Assembly (NCBI GenBank): GCA_050179755.1
Contig: JBFXEV010000001.1
Location: 143,881 to 207,880, forward strand
Direction: 5' to 3'
DNA: 64,000 nucleotides
From: Candidatus Babeliales bacterium
GTDB lineage: Bacteria > Babelota > Babeliae > Babelales > JBFXEV01
The position numbers and the translations under genes are program-made. The notes below the pieces were generated by a model. It saw only the letters and a list, made by a program, of their open reading frames with translations. It did no database searches and had not been told where the DNA came from. Numbering within the stretch: position 1 is the first letter of the stretch; each line of letters opens with the position of its first letter. Positions 49,703 to 59,602 of the stretch are shown here, one piece after another.

Positions 49703-51214
49703 ATGCACGCACCTACCATGCTAGTAATTTTAGATGGCTTTGGATGGAGTACCAACACCGCGCATAACGCAATCGCCACAGCACATACGCCACATCTTGA
49801 TTATTTGCTTGCACATTATCCGCACACGCTACTTAAAGCATCAGGCACCGCTGTAGGCTTACCTCATGATACCATTGGTAATTCAGAAGTTGGTCATGAA
49901 ACTATTGGCGCAGGGCGCATTATACCTCAAGCATTCGCTCGCATACATACCGCAGTTGAAAATGGAAGTTTAAAAAAAAATCCGGTAATACAGCAACAAT
50001 TTTTGGCACTTGCACGTTCAGGCCACGCATTACATTTTGCAGGATTGCTTTCTGATGCTGGCGTGCATAGCCATATTGAACATCTGTTTGCACTTCTTAC
50101 TTGTGCAAAAGAATATGAAATAAAAAAAGTATATATTCATGGCTTTCTCGATGGGCGTGACGTTGCACCAGAAACTGCTTCTTATTATCTTACTGAACTG
50201 CAAGCATATTGTGATCAATTAAAAATTGGCACGCTTGCAAGCATTATTGGCAGATTCTATCCCATGGACCGTGACCACAATTGGGATCGCACTGAAATTG
50301 CCTATGATCTTATGACAGAATCTCAGCACAGTGATTATCACACGTGGCAACAAGCACTCAACGCCTATTATCACAATAATATCACCGATGAGTTTATACC
50401 ACCCACACAACTTGACGCCCAAGGCATACTAAAAGATGGAGACGGTCTTCTCTTTTTTAATTTTCGGCCAGATCGTGCGCGCCAATTACATGCGTGCTTT
50501 GCGTATCCACAATCAGTACCATTTCCAACACGTAATCTACATCTTGCGTTTTGCAGTACCATGACTTCTTATGATAGGCAGATGCCAAAGCAGAGCGTGT
50601 TATTCCCTAAAGAACCAATCCCGCATACGCTTAAAGAAGTTTTAAGCACGCATAATAAAACAGTATTTTCTATTGCAGAAACAGAAAAATATGCGCATAT
50701 CACCTACTTTTTTGGTGGTGGTTCAGAGCATGCGTTCCCCCATGAAACACAAATACTCATACCATCCATCCCAGCAAAAAATTATATAGAGCTTGCGTGC
50801 ATGTCAGCCCCTGAGATAACCAAAACAGTTATAGATTCACTCACAACTAGTCCACAAGACTTTTATCTTATCAATTATGCAAATGCGGATATGGTTGGCC
50901 ATTCAGGAGATTTTCAAGCAACTGTCAAAGCCATTGAATGTCTTGATGAACAATTAGGAATACTTTATGATACGGTTGTTACTAAATTAAACGGCACCCT
51001 CTATATTACTGGGGATCATGGCAAAGCAGAAAATATGTATGATGAAAAAGCGCAACAACCAAAAACTGCACATACTAATAATCCTGTACCTTTTATAATG
51101 GCACAACAAAAATTAAAAGGGCAAGTTCATACACTTGCCCTTACGCAATTAAAAGATATTGCACCGTTTATACTTAAGAACCTGGGATTACCTATTCCTC
51201 TTGAAATGGAATAA
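49703..51214 (+). CDS. gpmI: 2,3-bisphosphoglycerate-independent phosphoglycerate mutase
   Basis: ILDGFG, GNSEVGH, DGRD, FNFRPDRARQ, AETEKYAH, DMVGH, DHG, HTNNPVP. Confidence 0.96.
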   Translation: MHAPTMLVILDGFGWSTNTAHNAIATAHTPHLDYLLAHYPHTLLKASGTAVGLPHDTIGNSEVGHETIGAGRIIPQAFARIHTAVENGSLKKNPVIQQQFLALARSGHALHFAGLLSDAGVHSHIEHLFALLTCAKEYEIKKVYIHGFLDGRDVAPETASYYLTELQAYCDQLKIGTLASIIGRFYPMDRDHNWDRTEIAYDLMTESQHSDYHTWQQALNAYYHNNITDEFIPPTQLDAQGILKDGDGLLFFNFRPDRARQLHACFAYPQSVPFPTRNLHLAFCSTMTSYDRQMPKQSVLFPKEPIPHTLKEVLSTHNKTVFSIAETEKYAHITYFFGGGSEHAFPHETQILIPSIPAKNYIELACMSAPEITKTVIDSLTTSPQDFYLINYANADMVGHSGDFQATVKAIECLDEQLGILYDTVVTKLNGTLYITGDHGKAENMYDEKAQQPKTAHTNNPVPFIMAQQKLKGQVHTLALTQLKDIAPFILKNLGLPIPLEME

Positions 51215-52061
51215 GAGCTACATGATGATCATAATATTCTGCGAGTTTTTTATACACATATACGTTTGCAAGAAGCACAAAGGGTATCATAAGCGCTACG
51301 CAAAAAAGTGCACATAACGCCAAAAACGTGGGAACAATTGCTGCGATATACCATCCTTGACTCACTGCAGTAACTGCAGCTGCTAGATTTAATATGGCAA
51401 TAAAACTAAATATGACAGGTATTAATCCCAAAAGTATTTCAAAAATAATGATACGCAGCACTGACCCGCGCGTTATCTCGTAACTGCGCACCAAAGAAGC
51501 AATGGCAGTGCTTTTTGTATCAACAATTGGGTAAGGGTAAAACCCCAATCGCGCGTTGAGAATTATCCAAAGAATGAACAAAACAATAGACATTATAAAG
51601 CTAACCATCGTCAAAGTCGCACCCGTTATTCCAACAATTACACCAATAAGCGCAAGCGGAAGAGCGCATACCAAAATAAGTAGCAGTAGGCAAAGGGAAA
51701 AAAGAATAAAAGCAAAAAGATAGGTAAGTACTAAATTGAATGAAGAAAATAAACGCATAACTTCGCTTGTGTTGCGTTCGTAAATATCAAATAGCACCCG
51801 CAGAAGGCCAAGGCGGATCATGCCAATCGTACAAAGCGTCACCGCCAACATATACCCAAAAGTAAGCACTAGAGGAATAACAGAAAGATAACTGTTTTGA
51901 GTCATCTTAAGAAATAAACCAAGTGGCACAAAGCCTAAAGAAAGCACAAGTTCCACTATAAATACAACAATCGCAACTTTGAGCAATAAAAAAAGATGCT
52001 CAATAGATTTGCTCCAGCCAAATTTAAAGGCCTCACGAATAGAAAATGCTTTACCTAACAT
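51192..52061 (-). CDS. Multi-pass membrane protein of unknown function
   Basis: Likely start MLGKAFS at 52061 after AAGGAG; several TM helices, SLVRSYEITRG motif. Confidence 0.75.
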   Translation of the reverse strand: MLGKAFSIREAFKFGWSKSIEHLFLLLKVAIVVFIVELVLSLGFVPLGLFLKMTQNSYLSVIPLVLTFGYMLAVTLCTIGMIRLGLLRVLFDIYERNTSEVMRLFSSFNLVLTYLFAFILFSLCLLLLILVCALPLALIGVIVGITGATLTMVSFIMSIVLFILWIILNARLGFYPYPIVDTKSTAIASLVRSYEITRGSVLRIIIFEILLGLIPVIFSFIAILNLAAAVTAVSQGWYIAAIVPTFLALCALFCVALMIPFVLLANVYVYKKLAEYYDHHVALIPFQEE

Positions 52062-52229
52062 AGACACTCCTTTTGAATAACATACCGCTTTATAACTACT
52101 TGTAGTATACCAAATGGGAAAATCAAAGCGCAATGACCCAAAACGCTGCCATAGAGATTTGCCAACAATGAAATTGCGCTTTAAACTCTTAAAGGTGAAA
52201 CTCTCATAGATTTGAAAGGAACATGCCCC

Positions 52230-53435
52230 ATGAAAGATTCTAATCCGCAAGCCTGTTGGTTTAAACTTTCCGTTCTCTTTTTTTTTGCGCTATCTAAACC
52301 ACTACAGGCAAGAACACTTTTGATGATAGAAGGCAATACGGGCGCTGGCAAAACAACACTTTCTCGACTTATTGAACGTGAATTACATGCACATATTATT
52401 GAAGAGCCCATTGAAAAATGGCGCAAAGTTGGTGATACGGGCAACTTGCTCGATCTTCACTTAAATCAACGTAATCGTTGGGGCTACACATTCCAAACAT
52501 ATGCGTGCTCTACATTTATGCAAGCATGTTTAGAAGCAGATCAAACAATAGAACTTCATGTTTCAGATAGATCTGCCTATTCGGGTATATACTGTTTTTC
52601 GCGCATGATGATGGAAGAAGGTTCACTCACTCCGCTTGAATGGTATATTTATAAAGAACGTTTTGAATGGCTTACTGATTTACTCCCATGCAAAGCAGAT
52701 GGTTTTATTTATTTACGCACAACGCCAGCCAATTGCATGGAACGAGCAAATACTCGCCATAGACCAGAAGAGTCGGCATTAACTATGGATTTCTTTGAAC
52801 CGCTTCATCGCTTTCATGAGGAATGGCTTATTGATAAAAAAAATGTTGCCCCAAACTTAAAAGATATACCAGTATTAGTGCTTGATGGCAATCTTGATTT
52901 TAAATGTGATCCTTCAATACAAAAACAATTTATTGAGCAAATAAAAATTTTTATACAAGAAGTTAACACTTATAAACACGCAAACATTACCACACCACCA
53001 GAACAAATACCATTTGGAACAAATATGATAGATCATACCTCTTTTGCTGTACATAATTATGCACAAAGCCTCACGTTTTATGATGCAACGCTTGATTGCC
53101 TTGGTTATGAACGTATATTCACTATAGACATGGAGCACGTTCAAACAGCAGGTTACGGTACTAATGGAAAACCTTCATTTTGGATAAGCCCTATGGGCAA
53201 AGAGAATGAAGAAATTGGCAAAGCGCGCGGCGTGCATGTTGCCTTTTTGGCGCATTCAGTCGAAGAAGTGCAAGATTGGTATGCAAAATGTTTAGAACTG
53301 GGCGGCACTGATAATGGCAAACCAGGACCACGGCCTGAATATCACCCCGGTTATTATGGTGCATTTATTGTTGATCCTAATGGCTGGCGCATTGAAGCAT
53401 GCCTGCATGATTATAATCCCTCAACTAGTCGCTAA
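52230..53435 (+). CDS. Deoxynucleoside kinase fused to a VOC/glyoxalase domain, with N-terminal signal-like peptide
   Basis: IEGNTGAGKTT, EPIEKW, DRS, IYLRTTP; then MIDHTSF..HVAF..GGTDNGKPGPRPEYHPGYYGAFIVDPNGWRIEA. Confidence 0.88.
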   Translation: MKDSNPQACWFKLSVLFFFALSKPLQARTLLMIEGNTGAGKTTLSRLIERELHAHIIEEPIEKWRKVGDTGNLLDLHLNQRNRWGYTFQTYACSTFMQACLEADQTIELHVSDRSAYSGIYCFSRMMMEEGSLTPLEWYIYKERFEWLTDLLPCKADGFIYLRTTPANCMERANTRHRPEESALTMDFFEPLHRFHEEWLIDKKNVAPNLKDIPVLVLDGNLDFKCDPSIQKQFIEQIKIFIQEVNTYKHANITTPPEQIPFGTNMIDHTSFAVHNYAQSLTFYDATLDCLGYERIFTIDMEHVQTAGYGTNGKPSFWISPMGKENEEIGKARGVHVAFLAHSVEEVQDWYAKCLELGGTDNGKPGPRPEYHPGYYGAFIVDPNGWRIEACLHDYNPSTSR

Positions 53436-53723
53436 GCTCCGCGCCGCAGCGCCACAGCGCATGTTTTTATCCTGCCCGTGAAATTATTGGAATAAAATCG
53501 CTTCCATTTGCACAATTACAAATATAAAATAAATCATTAATTATAATAAGAAATAGACGTTTTTATAAAATATAGTTATTCTAGATAGAGTCATACAACG
53601 CCTTGAAAAGTAAAGAATTATTAACTAATTCCAGCTATTAATGCAGAGAAGTGACAATTAGAGTGAAAGAGGCATGAATCGTGTCATCTTTAATTTTTTT
53701 ATCTATTACAGAGAAGGTTTTTC

Positions 53724-54257
53724 ATGAAACAAAAACTCCTTATACTGATCGCATCAACTGTTATGACACTTTCATCAGTTAATGCTGAACCTATTCTTAA
53801 TCCACAAAGAAAAGCTGAAGTAACAGAAGTATTTCAAAACCTCAATACGAATGCTCCAGATGAAGCAAAACAATATTATAAGCTTTGGTATACTAATTTT
53901 CTGACTATGTCAGATCTTTACATCCAATATGCAGATTTAGTAATACAAGATCCTGAGCAAGCAAATAATGAATTGAAAATTAAGTTATTTAACGACATGG
54001 CATCAATTTCACTAAATTTCCAATCTAAAATCCTAGAAATATGCTTGGAGGATGGAAAACGCAACCGCGTTGAGCATTTTGATAAATCTACTAAAGGTAG
54101 ACGTTTACATGAAATTACGGGTTGTTTAGATTACGTATTGGAAAGCCAATTAGCAACAATATGTGATAAGAATTGTCCTCTCCGTTTAGAAGAAAGACGT
54201 GCTGCCGTAATTGAATTAAAGAATCACATGCTAAGCCTTAAAAACTTAGTAGAATAG
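53724..54257 (+). CDS. Secreted helical hypothetical protein
   Basis: Signal peptide VNA-E. Confidence 0.75.
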   Translation: MKQKLLILIASTVMTLSSVNAEPILNPQRKAEVTEVFQNLNTNAPDEAKQYYKLWYTNFLTMSDLYIQYADLVIQDPEQANNELKIKLFNDMASISLNFQSKILEICLEDGKRNRVEHFDKSTKGRRLHEITGCLDYVLESQLATICDKNCPLRLEERRAAVIELKNHMLSLKNLVE

Positions 54258-54296
54258 TTCCTAATTTATACAACTCATTTATTTTTAAAAAATTGT

Positions 54297-54327
54297 AAGG
54301 GCAGGGAATAAATCACCTGCCCTTTTT
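54297..54327 (+). terminator. Intrinsic terminator between convergent genes
   Basis: AAGGGCAGG / CCTGCCCTTTTT. Confidence 0.7.
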
Positions 54328-54377
54328 CATACAAACTTATTAACTGCTTCGCCATGAGCGCATTAATTAAAGGCCTC

Positions 54378-54893
54378 TTAATTCATGGTAAGAGCTTGTT
54401 TTAGTTCGCGCTTAAACTTATATTGGCCATTATCAAAAACCTCTAGTGAGGCTTGTTCACCCTTTCTAAGATTCACTGGAGCTTGATACCATCCACTGTT
54501 TATATGACGCCACTTAAAAGTTTGAATGCCAGAATGCTCTACGGTAAAAGTAACTGATTGGGGATCCCAATACGATTGATACGGCGCAATAGACGTTTTT
54601 GTCTTAGCATTTTTGCTATTTACCGTATCTGGATCTGTATAACTTTCCAATACCATACAGCGGGCCATATTGTATACCTTAAGTGAAGATTTAGACGCTT
54701 TGTCAAGCCAATACACCGCTGCAACAAAGCTGGCACAAAACGCAATAGTAACTAGCACCGATTCATCATCTTTTGCCATGTTCCATGCATAATCAAGTAT
54801 GCCTTGACCACGAGCATGAGACTCCATGCTTTTAGCTGGCAATGCAATGCTTGTTAAAAACACTATCATGCTAAGTTTTTTAATCATCTTCAT
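54378..54893 (-). CDS. Secreted hypothetical protein, shared-leader array member 4
   Basis: AKS-MES leader, then amphipathic and TM segments. Confidence 0.75.
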   Translation of the reverse strand: MKMIKKLSMIVFLTSIALPAKSMESHARGQGILDYAWNMAKDDESVLVTIAFCASFVAAVYWLDKASKSSLKVYNMARCMVLESYTDPDTVNSKNAKTKTSIAPYQSYWDPQSVTFTVEHSGIQTFKWRHINSGWYQAPVNLRKGEQASLEVFDNGQYKFKRELKQALTMN

Positions 54894-54904
54894 AAGCGTT
54901 CCTT

Positions 54905-56230
54905 TTACTTAATTTTAATACTAGTAAGATGCTTAATCAATGTCCAAATAATGCCATCTTTAATGCGAGAAGCATTAGCTCCAGAATCGGCAACACTATA
55001 TTCAATAATGCCATGATGCTTATGCACCACAAGCGTGATCCAATGCCGGCTTCCAGAAACCGATCCGGGCTTGCCGCTCATAAGACCAACCACAAAAGCG
55101 TGTATAAAATCATCTACTTTTGCAAGACGCTCAGCTATCTCGATAATTTCTTTATATTCTCCTTCACCTTGATTCAAGAGCGGCACGTTATCAATAATAG
55201 TTATGCCATCAAAATGAACTGGTAAATCTGCAAGCAATCCACCAACTTGCTGTTCATGCTTAAGTAAAAGGCCAATTTCATTTTCATTGACCCAATCACC
55301 TTGTGCATCAAACTTGTTATCAGGATGTGCTGCATTATACTGTTGAAGCGCTTCAGCTTTTGAAATTTCAAATATATGTTCAGCATTTATTGTATTTTCG
55401 GGCACATATAATGCAAGCGCCTCATCACTTTTTGCATAGGCCACAAAATCAAAATTCTCGAGCCCTTCAATATCACCTTTCATAATTCGCTGAGACTTTT
55501 TGACTGCGTCAATAAACAGAGCACGCGTGATAGTAATTTTTGTGCTCGCTTCTAAAGGTTGGCCCTCAAGTGCAGAGAATAATGCTGCCACTAATTGCGG
55601 GCTTAGCTCAGTTGCTAGCACGCCTTGGTAAAAGCCACGAATTTTTGTTTTAAAACGGTCTTGTAATTTCTGATCAAGATGTTGCGCCTCAAGTGGAACT
55701 TCTACATGCTGCACGTCATTATAAGAAATTAACAATGCATACAATTTTTGATCAATATGCCATTTGATCGCACGGCGATACGTATTTTCTAGCACTAATT
55801 TACGCCAACCGCCTTTAGGGTCTTTTTTATTAAATAACTGCTGTACAATAGAAAGATCAGTAAGCTGCGGTTGCCCTGCTTTGCCAGACAGCATGCGGCA
55901 TATATAGATAGCATTTTTTAAAGATTGATAACCACAACTTGCATCGCCACCATGATCAGCAGATCCATATTGATTAAGTACGTGCAATTGCTTAATAGTG
56001 GGCCCCCAAATGGAACCGTACACTGCACGATTAGTGCGCATTTGCTTGGCCGCATACACACCTGCTCCTGCAAGTGCGCCTACTGCAAGCAATGCACCAG
56101 AATGTTCTTTTGCAAAGTTTAATGCGCGATCAAAATAATTCTGATCGCCATCCCCTGAATCCATAGCATGAGCTGGGAATGCTATGCACCATAGAGATAT
56201 AAACAAGATAATGTGTTTAACTATATTCAT
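54905..56230 (-). CDS. Papain-fold (Josephin-like) cysteine protease candidate, array member 3
   Basis: AHA-MDS leader; LNQ..DASCGYQSLKN, GDW, HWITLV..YSVADS; paralog of 22655..24007. Confidence 0.65.
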   Translation of the reverse strand: MNIVKHIILFISLWCIAFPAHAMDSGDGDQNYFDRALNFAKEHSGALLAVGALAGAGVYAAKQMRTNRAVYGSIWGPTIKQLHVLNQYGSADHGGDASCGYQSLKNAIYICRMLSGKAGQPQLTDLSIVQQLFNKKDPKGGWRKLVLENTYRRAIKWHIDQKLYALLISYNDVQHVEVPLEAQHLDQKLQDRFKTKIRGFYQGVLATELSPQLVAALFSALEGQPLEASTKITITRALFIDAVKKSQRIMKGDIEGLENFDFVAYAKSDEALALYVPENTINAEHIFEISKAEALQQYNAAHPDNKFDAQGDWVNENEIGLLLKHEQQVGGLLADLPVHFDGITIIDNVPLLNQGEGEYKEIIEIAERLAKVDDFIHAFVVGLMSGKPGSVSGSRHWITLVVHKHHGIIEYSVADSGANASRIKDGIIWTLIKHLTSIKIK

Positions 56231-57315
56231 TTTCGTACCTCTGTCTCATCATCTTCTAACTCATCACAGAAAGCATCTAGCTCTGCATCGCTTAACTTGC
56301 AAATTGCTTTAATAACATTACGCGTAATTACGGGGCGATACTGCTCAATTTTTTTAGGATCAACCAGATCGCGTATTTCATCTTTTGCTTGAATTTGTAT
56401 TTTACGATCTTGCAATAACGCATCTATGCTGCTCAATCGAGCATCTATTACCTTTTGAATCTCTTGCTGTAGTGACTGCATTGCGTTTGTATCTTCTTGT
56501 GCTACTTCAAGTAAATTTGCGCAAACTACTTTGGTCATCTTAAAATGATTAAGTGAACAAAACAAGGACTGTTCAAGCATGCATTGAACTGCCTGCGCAT
56601 TACCCTTTTTTACTGCTACATACAATGCTGTTTGGCCACTTGAATTCGTTAGATCAATTCGAGCGCCCCGCTCTAGAAGTTGGGGCAGCAATGCACTATG
56701 CCCTTCTTCCAAAAGCATATGTATCGCTGTATCACCATCATTAGTTTGCGCATTGAGGTCTACATGTGCTTTGCAAAACAACTGCACCACGTCGGCAGCA
56801 CCAGTTCGCGCTGCCCAGTGCAACGGCGTGCAACCATCTGCATCTTTTACATACTGCCTTTGTACATTTTCAAAAATAATTTTTGCTAAGTTTGCACGAT
56901 TAAAAAGAGCTGCAAAATGCAATTGCGTAAACCCATGAAAATCCTCGGGTTGCAAATGTGCGCAATCGGCAAGAATAAATGTATCAATTTTTGCATCATC
57001 TTCCACATAAGAACTTGCAAGATCAGACTCTTTTATAAGAGCTACCAGTTCACTTTTAACGTAGTCTACGGTAAGTAATTTTTTGCTCTCTAAAGCTTGT
57101 GTAACTCGCGATTGTCTTTGAGCATTGCGCTCATGCACTGCTACCTGTGGAGTATGTTTTATTGATGGCTTAAACACAGAACTAACAGCCCTGCTAATCC
57201 TCATTTTTAAGCGACCAAATAAACCCTTATCACCGTTGCCTGAATCCATAGCGCGGGCAGGGAAAACAATACAAAATAAGAATAAAATAAGGGTGATTTT
57301 CTTAAAAATATTCAT
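56227..57315 (-). CDS. Ankyrin repeat protein, array member 2
   Basis: ARA-MDS leader; GFTQLHFAA, GCTPLHWAA, GDTAIH, GQTALYVA. Confidence 0.9.
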   Translation of the reverse strand: MNIFKKITLILFLFCIVFPARAMDSGNGDKGLFGRLKMRISRAVSSVFKPSIKHTPQVAVHERNAQRQSRVTQALESKKLLTVDYVKSELVALIKESDLASSYVEDDAKIDTFILADCAHLQPEDFHGFTQLHFAALFNRANLAKIIFENVQRQYVKDADGCTPLHWAARTGAADVVQLFCKAHVDLNAQTNDGDTAIHMLLEEGHSALLPQLLERGARIDLTNSSGQTALYVAVKKGNAQAVQCMLEQSLFCSLNHFKMTKVVCANLLEVAQEDTNAMQSLQQEIQKVIDARLSSIDALLQDRKIQIQAKDEIRDLVDPKKIEQYRPVITRNVIKAICKLSDAELDAFCDELEDDETEVRK

Positions 57316-57334
57316 TTTTGAAACGCCCTTATCA

Positions 57335-58399
57335 CTAATTATTGCTGTTATTAATTGACGATATTGGTTCTATACCCATTAATGCTGCTCGCACATTTTG
57401 CTCAACAGCTTCGCGGTAAAGCTCATCAACATTCTCCGCTTTCATAAAATCAAATGTTCGCGCAACGCCAGGAATTCCATGAACATGCCTCCAAAATGCT
57501 GCCCCTAGATCAAATTCAATATCCGGATTTTCAGTAAGAAATTGTCTTAGCATATTAAGTCTATAATCAACAATAACGGGAACCAACTTGGCCAATACTC
57601 TTGGCCTTGTAGCAACAGGAATATTTACGCATAATTCCTGAAACCATTCAAATGGGCACATTGCCACCAATTGCTCTAATGATGATTCACTCTGAACGTA
57701 TGCTAATTGACACACATTTGAAATATCTTCTGGCAAGAATGAAAGAATTTTGCATATAACGTTATCTGGCAAGTCAATTATTTTTAATACTTGGTATGCT
57801 GCATCAAATCGAGCCCCAGCCTCCAATGAACCATTGCTTGCGGGAGTAAAAGATGCGTTTTCTAATAAAACTTTAATTAGTTGGCAGTGCTTGTCAGTTG
57901 GAGGTGGCAAAACAATGTAGATCATACTCTCAATATTTGATCTATTAATTTTATACCCGCAATTAAAAAAGAAATCCATTACCTTAACATCTCTCTTTTC
58001 TAGTGCCCGCACAAGAGCCCATTGAGCTTCTCTAGAATCAATGTCAATCTCACCATCTCTCATAATTTGTTTGGCAAGATCAAAATTGTGTACTTTTAAT
58101 GCATTGGCAAAAAGCTCACCCCATTGCCGCCGGTGCAACTCTTGTTGTGCTCGCATGCGATCGAACTCCCCACCACGTCGCTCTTGTTCAAGCCTTTGTT
58201 GACGGTTCTGATACCAGTCATAGCATACAATGGCTAACCCCAATGCACCCGTAACACTAGCTATTATTACGGGATGTTCTTTTGCGATATTCCATATACG
58301 GCCAAAAAAGCCTTGATTATTATCTTGCTCCATGCCGAAGGCAGGTTGAGCAACACACATTACAGATAAAATAAGGGTTATTTTCTTGAAAATATTCAT
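57335..58399 (-). CDS. Degenerate ankyrin protein with F-box-like motif, array member 1
   Basis: AFG-MEQ leader plus TM; ankyrin-like helices; DLPDNVICKILSFLP. Confidence 0.7.
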   Translation of the reverse strand: MNIFKKITLILSVMCVAQPAFGMEQDNNQGFFGRIWNIAKEHPVIIASVTGALGLAIVCYDWYQNRQQRLEQERRGGEFDRMRAQQELHRRQWGELFANALKVHNFDLAKQIMRDGEIDIDSREAQWALVRALEKRDVKVMDFFFNCGYKINRSNIESMIYIVLPPPTDKHCQLIKVLLENASFTPASNGSLEAGARFDAAYQVLKIIDLPDNVICKILSFLPEDISNVCQLAYVQSESSLEQLVAMCPFEWFQELCVNIPVATRPRVLAKLVPVIVDYRLNMLRQFLTENPDIEFDLGAAFWRHVHGIPGVARTFDFMKAENVDELYREAVEQNVRAALMGIEPISSINNSNN

Positions 58400-58435
58400 T
58401 TTAAACCTCCAGGTTCTTTTAGATTATTATTTCTA

Positions 58436-58463
58436 ATTGTATATATTTATATAAAAAAGTCAA
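58436..58463 (-). promoter_or_regulatory. Putative sigma70 promoter for the four-gene array
   Basis: TTGACT-16bp-TACAAT; GGAGG SD follows. Confidence 0.5.
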
Positions 58464-58538
58464 TCGGCTTTCGATTCTGGGTTAAACCATAGAGGTCTAT
58501 GGGTGATCATCCCCAGGTTTGCAAACCTGTAAATCAAA

Positions 58539-58583
58539 GGCCAGGCTCTGCAATCTTCTCATGAGGACTGCAGTAACCTGGCC
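58539..58583 (-). terminator. Long hairpin after the GNAT-like gene
   Basis: GGCCAGG..CTGCAGTCCTC-ATGA-GAAGATTGCAG..CCTGGCC followed by TTTGATTT on the minus strand. Confidence 0.55.
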
Positions 58584-58597
58584 AAATTATGCTCTAG

Positions 58598-59401
58598 TTA
58601 CCCTTCAATCGATTTAGCTATATTCTGCAATTGTTCAGAGCGCTCACAAAGATACTCCATATCTTGCCAATAAGGCAATGGGCCTACAAATGGAGTAAAA
58701 TCCAATTCTTGCAAAGCACACAATAAAGCCACATTAGTTACCCGTGTATGCAAGAATATTCTAGAGACTGAAAACGGGAGCTTAAAAATAGCGCTCAAAA
58801 GCAGTTTATCAATGCCGCGCTCATGTGCACCCTGCTCAACACCAAACATGGCTACCTTTACCGTTCCTGATTCAAAAAGAGGCTGCACCAAAAATTGAAT
58901 GATGCCCAACGTTTGGCCAGTATCAGCATCTTTGGCTGTTACAAACCATTGCCTCTCATCAGGAGCAAGATACTTTGCAAAATCAGTTTCAGAAAAAAAC
59001 TGTACTAATTGTGCATGCAATGTCTTTTCAACCTGTTCCCAATTCACGTGCTCTACACCATCTTTAAAAAATGATACCAGCGGCTTTAAAAACATTTCTG
59101 ATTCTACTGCCTCAGGATGTTTACGAGCAAACTCCAGCTCCATTGTTGCATACGTTTGCGCAAAAATTTGACTTGCTTGCCTAAATACATCATTTAACCG
59201 TTTAGTTGTTACATCCACTTCTTCCCAAACAAGTTGTATCGGCGCTCCAAAATTATCTTTTGCTTTTAATATTCCATAACTCATTGTTTTAATACTTTCA
59301 AGATTATGCTTAGTTATTGGCATACTCCACGAATTTGCCATAACAAATAATATGCTGAGGGTAGTAACTACCCCCAAAATATTACGTTGAACATACTGCA
59401 T
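58598..59401 (-). CDS. Signal-peptide protein with C-terminal GNAT-like domain
   Basis: SWS-M leader; FGVEQGAHERGIDKLLL and LHTRVTN resemble GNAT motifs A and B (degenerate). Confidence 0.65.
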   Translation of the reverse strand: MQYVQRNILGVVTTLSILFVMANSWSMPITKHNLESIKTMSYGILKAKDNFGAPIQLVWEEVDVTTKRLNDVFRQASQIFAQTYATMELEFARKHPEAVESEMFLKPLVSFFKDGVEHVNWEQVEKTLHAQLVQFFSETDFAKYLAPDERQWFVTAKDADTGQTLGIIQFLVQPLFESGTVKVAMFGVEQGAHERGIDKLLLSAIFKLPFSVSRIFLHTRVTNVALLCALQELDFTPFVGPLPYWQDMEYLCERSEQLQNIAKSIEG

Positions 59402-59464
59402 TGAGCATGCCCTTTCTGAAATTCAATAAATAACTATTTTACCAAAAAAAATTTGGTATTTGAT

Positions 59465-59602
59465 AAAAAAAGAAAACAACAGCAATTATTGTGCTGCTAC
59501 CTCTAAGATAAGATTAAAAAGTATCATAGTTACCCTGCTTTCGTGGGTAATGGGTTAAGAATAAGCTATTTTCACAATAGCAGCATTTAATATTAAAGTC
59601 AA
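59465..59602 (-). promoter_or_regulatory. Promoter, 13-aa leader peptide and overlapping terminator (candidate attenuator)
   Basis: TTGACT-17bp-TATTGT (59574-59602); uORF 59486-59527 MILFNLILEVAAQ; stem TAGCAGCA/TGCTGTTG plus T-tract. Confidence 0.5.
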
